Part shown: positions 1-6,958 of the stretch, piece after piece
Position numbering within the stretch: position 1 is the first letter of the stretch
How the letters are laid out: every line of letters starts with the position of its first letter
Source: an uncultured Bacteroidales bacterium
GTDB lineage: Bacteria; Bacteroidota; Bacteroidia; Bacteroidales; WCHB1-69
DNA: 64,000 nt
NCBI GenBank assembly: GCA_947165685.1
Contig: CAMVBK010000003.1
Location: 39,299 to 103,298, forward strand
Reading direction: 5' to 3'
The notes under the pieces: generated by a model
What the model was told of the DNA's origin: nothing
Seen by the model: the letters and a program-made list of their open reading frames with translations, nothing else
Database searches by the model: none
Made by a program: the position numbers and the translations under genes

Positions 1-1
1 C

Positions 2-235
2 AAACACGAGATTGTGGAACTGCCCGAGAATATCCGCCAATTCTGTCTTGCTTTCCTGCAACGGATGAAGCTGAACTTTGGTTGCTTCGACTTCATCGTC
101 ACGCCCGAAGGCGAGTATGTCTTCCTCGAATGCAATCCCAACGGCCAGTGGCTCTGGATTGAGATGGAGACCGGCTACGACATCTCCAAAATCATGGCAA
201 AAAATCTGGCCAAATACGAAAATTTGAATTTGTAG
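2..235 (+). CDS. ATP-grasp domain protein, C-terminal fragment (5' end outside window)
   Basis: Frame is open from the window edge. FDFIVTPEGEYVFLECNPNGQWLWIE resembles the C-terminal lobe of ATP-grasp peptide ligases (RimK/MvdD-like). Confidence 0.5.
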   Translation, partial: KHEIVELPENIRQFCLAFLQRMKLNFGCFDFIVTPEGEYVFLECNPNGQWLWIEMETGYDISKIMAKNLAKYENLNL

Positions 236-294
236 GGTATGTCGCCTAATGGCATACCCTTATGTTATTTTTGTCGCCATAAAAAAAAGAAACA

Positions 295-1047
295 ATGGGA
301 AAAATCGCATTCAGAATCATCTGTGCAGTGCTTTGCATTATCGCAAGCCTTGCCGCAAATGCAACCCCTTACCGCTGTATAGCTTCCAAACTCAACATCC
401 GCGACACTGCCGACAAGTCGGGGAGAGTCATCGGACAGATAGCCCAGAACGAAACTGTTGACATTCTGTCCGCTGACGGCAAATGGGGATCGGTCTTGAT
501 TAATGGCGATACGGGGTACGTGAGTATGGATTATATGGAGCCGTTTGAAACATCCTCCAATCAAGGAGAGAGTGTGGAGAAGCCGTGGACTGATGCACAG
601 CAAGCCATATTTTGGATTTGTGTTGTCATAGCCGTTGCCATCTATGCCTTCGCCGTGGTCAAGGTACGGCAAGGCGAAATGGTGGTCATCCGAGGCTGGC
701 TCGACTTTGCGCTGCTGATGTTTCCCTGGCTTGTGGTATTTCTGCACCTTTATGACGCTTTCTTGGGTGGAGTGATTTTCGGGAAGTATGTGATTATCGC
801 GCTTTATGTCATAGCAGGACTGTGTCTCATTGGCAGTTTGGCTCTTTCGGTCATCGCTAACTGGGGCAGTCCGTTTTACGTCATCTTCTCGTTGATCATG
901 AAATTGGTGGTCATTCCCATTATGGCCTTCGGATTCTTCTATTTGATTTTCAAAATTTGGGAAAACCGCGGATTGAGCCGCAAAGCCGTCATCATCTTCC
1001 TCATCCTCGGCATCCTCATCGGCGGGCTGATGAGCTTCGAGGAGTGA
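295..1047 (+). CDS. SH3b-domain membrane protein
   Basis: ATG ORF of 250 aa with an N-terminal signal-like segment. ASKLNIRDTADKSGRVIGQI..VDILSADGKWGSVLINGDTGYVSMDYM is bacterial SH3-like. The C-terminal half has about 5 hydrophobic helices. Confidence 0.65.
   Translation: MGKIAFRIICAVLCIIASLAANATPYRCIASKLNIRDTADKSGRVIGQIAQNETVDILSADGKWGSVLINGDTGYVSMDYMEPFETSSNQGESVEKPWTDAQQAIFWICVVIAVAIYAFAVVKVRQGEMVVIRGWLDFALLMFPWLVVFLHLYDAFLGGVIFGKYVIIALYVIAGLCLIGSLALSVIANWGSPFYVIFSLIMKLVVIPIMAFGFFYLIFKIWENRGLSRKAVIIFLILGILIGGLMSFEE
1008..1047 (+). repeat. Copy A of the 30-40 bp gene-end repeat (native 3' end of the SH3 gene)
   Basis: cggcatcctcatcggcgggctgatgagcttcgaggagtga; near-identical copies at 1819-1858 and 3192-3221. 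Confidence 0.9.
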
Positions 1048-1141
1048 CTTTATTCGCCGGTGTTTCAGTGTTTTATATTATGCGTATTAGAAAAACAGAC
1101 AAATTTTATTAAATACTTGTTGGAAAAACGGACAAAAAGTG

Positions 1142-1149
1142 TATTTTTG
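1142..1149 (+). promoter_or_regulatory. Bacteroidetes -7 box (TAtTTTTG) flanked by the 19-bp direct repeat tgttggaaaaacggacaaa
   Basis: Matches TAnnTTTG 23 nt upstream of ATG 1172. Repeat copies lie at 1118-1136 and 1151-1169. Confidence 0.45.
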
Positions 1150-1171
1150 CTGTTGGAAAAACGGACAAACT

Positions 1172-1815
1172 ATGCTTGGCAGAAAGATTGACAACTATTT
1201 AGAGAATTACTACGCCACAACAAATAAAGCGTTGCTCGTCACAGGCGCACGACACAACTGAAGTTTTCCCGCTATGAAAACAGTTTCTTATGGCTTAAAG
1301 AAGCAGGTGTCGCATTGCCGGTTTACAACGTGGAAGCCCCCGTTGTTCCATTGAGATTGTCCCAGTCAAGGAACTTGTTCAAGCTGTTTCAAAACGATGT
1401 CGGACTTTTGGCCAGCCAATACGACGGCGGAATACAGATTCAACTGCTGACAGACGAGAAAAGCATCAATTTCGGCGCCGTCTATGAGAATGCCGTGGCC
1501 CAAGAACTTCACGCACACGGGTTCGACCTTTACTACTTCAACAGCAAAAAACAGGGCGAACTGGATTTCGTCATTGAAAAAAACGGGGAGGTAATGCCCA
1601 TAGAAGTCAAATCGGGCAAGGATTATCAACGTCACAACGCTTTGACAAACGTTATGGCCAACGAGGAATATCAGATTCGCAAAGCCATTGTGTTCAGCAA
1701 CACAAATGTCCGTCAATCAGGTAAAATTCTTTACCTTCCCATCTATATGACAGCATTCCTGGTGAGGGAAATCCCCGACAATATCGTTTATACTATTGAT
1801 TTGTCGGGACTTTAA
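1172..1815 (+). pseudogene. DUF4143-type AAA ATPase, internally deleted
   Basis: N-terminus MLGRKIDNYLENYYATTNKALLVTGARHN stops at 1259-1261, just where Walker A (GxxGKT) should follow. A different frame resumes with KFSRYENSFLWLKEAGVALPVYNV..., the DUF4143-like C-terminus (ORF 1315-1815). About 200 aa are missing. Confidence 0.7.
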
Positions 1816-1818
1816 CCC

Positions 1819-1858
1819 CGGCATCCTCATCGGCGGGCTGCTGAGCTTCGAGGAGTAG
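1819..1858 (+). repeat. Copy B of the gene-end repeat
   Basis: cggcatcctcatcggcgggctgctgagcttcgaggagtag. It differs from copy A by a few substitutions and keeps the frame and a stop codon. Confidence 0.9.
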
Positions 1859-1897
1859 CTTTCCACTAACTTGCATGGTTGATTCAGAAAAAAAATG

Positions 1898-1905
1898 TAT
1901 CTTTG
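1898..1905 (+). promoter_or_regulatory. -7 promoter box TAtcTTTG upstream of the AAA ATPase gene
   Basis: Matches TAnnTTTG 48 nt upstream of ATG 1954. The word tctaaagta occurs twice between the box and the ATG. Confidence 0.45.
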
Positions 1906-1953
1906 CCAAATCTAAAGTATAACTTTAATTTTGTCTAAAGTACACATAAGGCT

Positions 1954-3099
1954 ATGTATAACAGAGTGTTAGAAAATGAAGTTTTACGCTTGTCTGAACT
2001 CTTCAAGGTTGTTACCATTACGGGACCGCGGCAATCGGGCAAAACCACATTGTGCAAAAAGACTTTCCCTCACCACGATTATGTCAATCTGGAGGACGAA
2101 ACCGTTGTAGGCGAGATGGAACTCAACAAAAAGGAGTTTCTGGTGAAACACAGGAAAGGCCTGGTGATTGACGAAGTGCAAAAAATGCCCGAGATCCTCT
2201 CCGCTGTACAGGTTGTGGTGGATGAGTATCCAGACGCCGCCTTCGTTCTCACAGGAAGCAACAACCTGCTTTTGATGCAGCGCATCACTCAGTCGCTGGC
2301 TGGTCGTACCGCCGTGCTGACACTTCTTCCTTTTTCCATCGCCGAACTGACAGAAGTGGACAAGTCAGCAGGATTATACAGCATAATGTTGAACGGTTTT
2401 TATCCTGCGGTATGGGCACAGAACATACCGCCACAAGATGTTTACCGCCAATATTTCTCCACATACCTGCAACGTGATGTACGACAGGTGATGAATATTC
2501 GTCATCTTTCTGAATTCAGGAGATTTATCGTGATCTGCGCTTCGAGGATTGGCTCTGAATTCAACGCACAAGGAATCTCTAACGAATTGGGTGTGTCGAT
2601 ACCCACAATCCAGGAGTGGATGAACGTATTGGAGACTTCCTACGTGGCTTTCCGTCTGCCCCCATTTTTTCGCAATATTGGGAAACGGTTGGTCAAGACC
2701 CCTAAAATCTACTTTTACGACGTGGGACTGGTATGCTATCTGTTGGGAATTCACACACCGCAGCAGTTGGAAACCCATCCGTTAAGAGGCTCTATATTTG
2801 AAAATATGGTGGTGTGTGATTTTCTCAAGAACCAGTATAATCATGGTTTGGACAACAATCTGTATTTCTACCGCGACAAAAGCCAGCATGAGGTCGATTT
2901 GGTTGTAGAAGACGGCTTACAACTTAATGCGTATGAAATCAAACTTTCATCAAACATACACCCTGACTTCTATAAGAATCTCAACTATTTCCGCAGTCTG
3001 TTTCCCAACGAAACTGTCACTACGCAAGTGATAAACACGGGCCAAGCAGAAAATAACAGCAGTGAAAACGGACATCGCTTCTATCTGAATGTACCATAA
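1954..3099 (+). CDS. AAA+ ATPase with DUF4143 C-terminal domain (AAA_14/DUF4143 family)
   Basis: 381 aa. Walker A is GPRQSGKTTL and Walker B-like is GLVIDEVQ. The layout is typical of this multi-copy Bacteroidales family. Confidence 0.85.
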   Translation: MYNRVLENEVLRLSELFKVVTITGPRQSGKTTLCKKTFPHHDYVNLEDETVVGEMELNKKEFLVKHRKGLVIDEVQKMPEILSAVQVVVDEYPDAAFVLTGSNNLLLMQRITQSLAGRTAVLTLLPFSIAELTEVDKSAGLYSIMLNGFYPAVWAQNIPPQDVYRQYFSTYLQRDVRQVMNIRHLSEFRRFIVICASRIGSEFNAQGISNELGVSIPTIQEWMNVLETSYVAFRLPPFFRNIGKRLVKTPKIYFYDVGLVCYLLGIHTPQQLETHPLRGSIFENMVVCDFLKNQYNHGLDNNLYFYRDKSQHEVDLVVEDGLQLNAYEIKLSSNIHPDFYKNLNYFRSLFPNETVTTQVINTGQAENNSSENGHRFYLNVP

Positions 3100-3191
3100 G
3101 CACTTCTCCCCAACCTCCCCACCGGCTCCACCATCAACAACTACTAAAATATCCGCGAGGAACAACGGAAAGACATTGAGCCAGACAGCCA

Positions 3192-3221
3192 ATCGGCGGG
3201 CCGATGAGCTTCGAGGAGTGA
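3192..3221 (+). repeat. Copy C of the gene-end repeat (shorter)
   Basis: atcggcgggccgatgagcttcgaggagtga; matches the last 30 bp of copies A and B. Confidence 0.85.
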
Positions 3222-3247
3222 CGTGCGGCCGCTACTGCCCTTGACGA

Positions 3248-3754
3248 CTATCTTTTTTCCGCTATAATGTTCATCTCCAGGCCGTTGATGGTAGAAGTGG
3301 GTGCGCCGCTTTGGCTGCCGGTCCAGGTCTCCCGAAGAATCAGCGACCCGTCGCGGAAGGTTCCGCCACCCGTTGCGGTGACCCGATAGACGAGGGACGG
3401 GGTCTCGTCTTGGTTGAGGCTCGGCAGCCAGCTGGAAGAGAGTACGTTCGTGCTGAAGGTGTGCTCGTCTAACAGCAGGGAGTCGCCGCGCAGCTCGGCG
3501 GTCATCGTGTAGCCGCCGCCGTTCATCTCGTTCATCGTTATCAAATACTTGGACTTCTGAGACTTGTCGCGCAGAATTTGCATCTGGCCGATGCGGTGGA
3601 TGAGTTGGTAGGTCACCTCGCCTTCCGCGTCCCTCAGCTCCACTTCGCCCGAGAGTTTGTAGTTGTAGTCTCCGGCCAGCTTCCGGGTGTCTTTCTGGCA
3701 CGAAAGGAGCATTAAGGCGGCCAGCAGGGTTGTCAGTATGATGTTTTTGTTCAT
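3248..3754 (-). CDS. Lipoprotein of unknown function
   Basis: 168 aa. MNKNIILTTLLAALMLLSCQKD is a lipoprotein signal with a Cys lipobox. No recognisable catalytic motif. Confidence 0.6.
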   Translation of the reverse strand: MNKNIILTTLLAALMLLSCQKDTRKLAGDYNYKLSGEVELRDAEGEVTYQLIHRIGQMQILRDKSQKSKYLITMNEMNGGGYTMTAELRGDSLLLDEHTFSTNVLSSSWLPSLNQDETPSLVYRVTATGGGTFRDGSLILRETWTGSQSGAPTSTINGLEMNIIAEKR

Positions 3755-3911
3755 TTTTTTTAGTTTTGGCTTGTTTTGTGAATCGTATCTTGTTGTAATT
3801 CAGTGCCCAAAATTGCCATTGGGGCATGAAAACAACCAGGGTGCGAAGATACGTTTTTTTTGAAACCGCCGAATAGTTGTCGAAAGGACTGGTGCGGTTC
3901 AAAAAAAATCG

Positions 3912-3919
3912 TATTTTTG
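3912..3919 (+). promoter_or_regulatory. -7 promoter box TAttTTTG
   Basis: Lies 15 nt upstream of ATG 3935. Confidence 0.4.
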
Positions 3920-3934
3920 CCGAAAAATGGAACT

Positions 3935-4516
3935 ATGGAATTGTACGACGACCTGCTGCACATAGAGCCCACTGGGTTGAAGCCCGAGGCGGGACGGTTG
4001 CTGGTGTCCACGCCCTATTTCAACGACCCGTTTTTCAACCATTCGGTGGTCCTGATCACAGACTATGAGATGGAACACACGGCGGGGCTGATCATCAACC
4101 GGCAGCTCCCGCACACGGTTTACGAGGTGGTGAACGACATCAAGGTGGACGACCCGGTCTGTTTCGGCGGGCCCGTGCTGACCGAAGCGGTCTTCCTGCT
4201 TCACAGCTTCGATTCCTGCCCGGAGGCCACCCGGCTGCTCCCCGGCGTCTATGTCGGCTACAATCCGGTGCTGATCGCCCTCATCGAGCAACACGCCATC
4301 CCCAACCTCAAGAGCAAGTTCCTGCTGGGCTACGCAGGCTGGTCGCCCGGACAGCTCGAAGACGAAATCCAGCGCAATATGTGGGTCGTCGCCCCGGCCA
4401 CCAAGTCCCTCGTGTTCGACACGCCCGCCGAGCAAATCTGGCCGCGCACCGTCGCCCGCCTCGGCAAACCCTACGAGCACTGGCTGAAAATACCAAAACA
4501 TATTGCGTATAATTAG
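3935..4516 (+). CDS. YqgE/AlgH family protein (UPF0301)
   Basis: GRLLVSTPYFNDPFFNHSVVLITDYEMEHTAGLIINR and GGPV...GYAGWSPGQLEDEI are family hallmarks. ATG at 3935 is preferred over the upstream alternative start at 3860. Confidence 0.85.
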   Translation: MELYDDLLHIEPTGLKPEAGRLLVSTPYFNDPFFNHSVVLITDYEMEHTAGLIINRQLPHTVYEVVNDIKVDDPVCFGGPVLTEAVFLLHSFDSCPEATRLLPGVYVGYNPVLIALIEQHAIPNLKSKFLLGYAGWSPGQLEDEIQRNMWVVAPATKSLVFDTPAEQIWPRTVARLGKPYEHWLKIPKHIAYN

Positions 4517-4590
4517 AGCTTAGAATTTAGAATTTAGAGCTTAGAACTTTGAACTTTGAACTTGAAACCTGAAACCTGAAACTTGAAACC
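4516..4590. repeat. Intergenic tandem heptamer tract (aatttag / aactttg / aaacctg series)
   Basis: gagcttagaatttagaatttagagcttagaactttgaactttgaacttgaaacctgaaacctgaaacttgaaacc, between yqgE and xseA. Confidence 0.9.
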
Positions 4591-4622
4591 AATAAAAACC
4601 GCCCTTTACGCGAACCATCCGC

Positions 4623-6020
4623 ATGGAACGAGAGATTTTTAACAACCATACTGTTTATTCGCTGTCGGATGTGGCCATGAGCATCCACAAGGTGATCGAA
4701 CGCACGTATAACCGGCCGTATTATATCAAGGCTGAGATCTTGAAGCTGAATTATTACCCTTACAGCGGGCATTGCTATCCGGAGCTCGTGGAACGGGACG
4801 GGAATGCTATCAAGGCGGAGTTGCGCGCGGTGATTTGGTCTTCCAACTTCCAGGACATCAACCGGCGTTTCGTGCAGATTACCGGCGAGCCGCTGAAGGA
4901 GAATATCCGCATCCTTTGTCTGGCCACGGTGCAGTTCAGTCCGAAGCACGGCTTGGCCCTGCATATCGAGGACATCGAGCCGACTTACACCTTGGGCGAC
5001 ATGATGCGGAACCGGCAGGAGGTCATCGACCGGCTCAAGCAGGAGCAGGTGTTCGACCTCAACCGCAACCTCCCGATGCCGCTGCTGCCCAAGCGTGTGG
5101 CCGTCATCTCCGTGGAGACCAGCAAAGGCTACAGCGATTTCATGCAGACGCTGCAGGGCAACGAATACGGCTACCGTTTCCATACGGAGCTGTTCCCGAC
5201 GATCTTGCAAGGCGAGAAGGCCATCACGGGGATTCAGAGCCAGCTGGAGAACATCCGGCGCAGGCTTGACCAGTTCGACGTGGCGGTTCTTGTGCGCGGT
5301 GGCGGCGGCGATGTGGGCATGAGCTGTTACGACGACTACGGGTTGACCCGCAGCGTGGCGACCTTCCCGCTGCCCGTGCTCACCGGCATAGGCCATTCCA
5401 CCAACCTCTCCGTCACCGACATGGTGGCCCACGCGCGGTTCATCACCCCCACGGAGGTGGCTTTCGCCCTGTTGGACGCCTTCCGGAAGTTCGACGAACA
5501 GCTCGGGGATATGGCTCAGCGGATGACGCAGCGCGTGCAGGCGCAGCTTGCGGAGGCGAGGCAGTCGCTGACGCATACGGAAACGCTTTGCCAGTACAAG
5601 TTGCCGAAGGCACTCGACGCGCACCGGAACCGCTTGTCGGAACTCTGCGGCGACTTGGCGCTTCGGTCGAAACAACTGACCATGAACCAGATGTTTCGGC
5701 TCCGTTCGTTGTCCCAGGAGATGGACAAAGGCGTGCGGCTGCGCGGACAACGGGAGCGGCAGTCCCTGGCGCGTCTTGAGGAGGCACTTCCGCGCGAAAG
5801 CCTGGCGATGCTGCGGAAACGCGGGCTGGAGTGCGACCGGGTGGAGGAAAAGCTCCGGCTGCTCAGTCCCGAAAACGTCCTTCGACGCGGCTACAGCATC
5901 ACCCTCAAAGACGGGAAGGCGGTGACTGACGCATCCGTATTGCACCCTGGGGACGCTCTCGTGACAAGGTTTTATGCCGGGGAGGCGATTCTTCGGGTGG
6001 AAGATGGGAAAAAAATGTAA
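4623..6020 (+). CDS. xseA: Exodeoxyribonuclease VII large subunit
   Basis: 465 aa with an N-terminal OB-fold region (YWIKAEI-like YYIKAEILKLN). VISVETSKGYSDF and VLVRGGGG are XseA catalytic-core motifs. Confidence 0.9.
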   Translation: MEREIFNNHTVYSLSDVAMSIHKVIERTYNRPYYIKAEILKLNYYPYSGHCYPELVERDGNAIKAELRAVIWSSNFQDINRRFVQITGEPLKENIRILCLATVQFSPKHGLALHIEDIEPTYTLGDMMRNRQEVIDRLKQEQVFDLNRNLPMPLLPKRVAVISVETSKGYSDFMQTLQGNEYGYRFHTELFPTILQGEKAITGIQSQLENIRRRLDQFDVAVLVRGGGGDVGMSCYDDYGLTRSVATFPLPVLTGIGHSTNLSVTDMVAHARFITPTEVAFALLDAFRKFDEQLGDMAQRMTQRVQAQLAEARQSLTHTETLCQYKLPKALDAHRNRLSELCGDLALRSKQLTMNQMFRLRSLSQEMDKGVRLRGQRERQSLARLEEALPRESLAMLRKRGLECDRVEEKLRLLSPENVLRRGYSITLKDGKAVTDASVLHPGDALVTRFYAGEAILRVEDGKKM

Positions 6021-6025
6021 CTTTG
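6018..6025 (+). promoter_or_regulatory. -7 promoter box TAacTTTG upstream of tpiA
   Basis: Matches TAnnTTTG 63 nt upstream of ATG 6089. Confidence 0.4.
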
Positions 6026-6088
6026 CCCACTTTTAGAACGTACATATAGCATATTATAAAATAAAGAAAATCAGATAAATAGAAAATT

Positions 6089-6874
6089 ATGACGAAACCC
6101 AAGATTGTTATCGGAAACTGGAAAATGAACAAGGACTTCGAAGAGGCCGAAGACCTGATCTCCACCATACAGGAAAATTTGGAGGGATACCAGCTCCAGA
6201 CGGAGGTGGTGCTCTGCCCCCCGGCCGTCTATGCCGAGTTGGTGACCGACCATGCCAGCGAGGAGGGCAGCCACTTCTACGCCGGACTGCAGAATGTCAG
6301 CGAGTTCCCGAACGGCGCCTACACCGGCGAAATCTCTGCCGAGATGCTCGCGGCCATGCAGGTGGATTTCTGCATCGTGGGCCACTCCGAGCGCCGCAAG
6401 TACTTCGGCGAGACCGATGAGGTGGTGCTCAAGAAGATGCACCGGCTGCTCGACAACAACATCGTTCCCGTGATGTGCTGCGGCGAGACCCTCGAAGAAC
6501 GCAAGGCGGGCAAACATTTTGAAATTGTCCAGAAGCAGATTGAGAACACCATCTGCACGCTCAAGCCCGAGGAACTCGAGCGCACGATGATCGCCTACGA
6601 ACCCATCTGGGCCATCGGCACCGGCGAGACCGCCACGCCCGCGCAGGCGCAGGAGATGCTCGCCTTCATCCGCTCCCTTATCGAGAAGAAGTTCGGCACC
6701 GAAGCCGCCGTCTATGCCTACATCCTCTACGGCGGCAGCTGCAACGCCAAAAACGCCCTCGAACTCTTCAGCCAACCCGATGTCGATGGCGGACTCATCG
6801 GCGGCGCCTCCCTCAAGGCCGACGACTTCATCAAGATCATCGAGGCCGCGGAAACAGTGGTGAAGGAGAATTAG
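6089..6874 (+). CDS. tpiA: Triose-phosphate isomerase
   Basis: GNWKMN, IVGHSERR, AYEPIWAIGTG and GGASLK motifs. Confidence 0.95.
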   Translation: MTKPKIVIGNWKMNKDFEEAEDLISTIQENLEGYQLQTEVVLCPPAVYAELVTDHASEEGSHFYAGLQNVSEFPNGAYTGEISAEMLAAMQVDFCIVGHSERRKYFGETDEVVLKKMHRLLDNNIVPVMCCGETLEERKAGKHFEIVQKQIENTICTLKPEELERTMIAYEPIWAIGTGETATPAQAQEMLAFIRSLIEKKFGTEAAVYAYILYGGSCNAKNALELFSQPDVDGGLIGGASLKADDFIKIIEAAETVVKEN

Positions 6875-6958
6875 TTTAGAAAGTTTAGGAGGTTTAGTAT
6901 GATTAGGTGGTTTAGGAGGTTAAACATACTAAACATACTAAACATCCTAAACTACTAA
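6874..6958. repeat. Intergenic TTTAGG tandem tract arranged as an imperfect palindrome
   Basis: gtttaggaggtttagtatg (6883-6901) is the reverse complement, with 1 mismatch, of catactaaacatcctaaac (6934-6952). Confidence 0.85.

Noticed and set aside
3144-3902. 252-aa minus-strand ORF overlapping the lipoprotein gene and the yqgE promoter region.
   Set aside because: Its composition is Arg/Pro-rich and nonsensical. It overlaps the better-supported lipoprotein ORF (3248-3754), which has a lipobox.
4527-5945. 472-aa minus-strand ORF antisense to xseA. Similar very long antisense ORFs occur at 42411-43559, 43676-46003, 47899-48921, 49102-50217, 51341-52846 and 61497-62855.
   Set aside because: Each lies fully inside a confidently identified gene on the other strand. 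Their translations are low-complexity (R/G/A/H/V-rich), as expected from stop-codon-poor antisense frames in GC-rich DNA. None has a recognisable motif.
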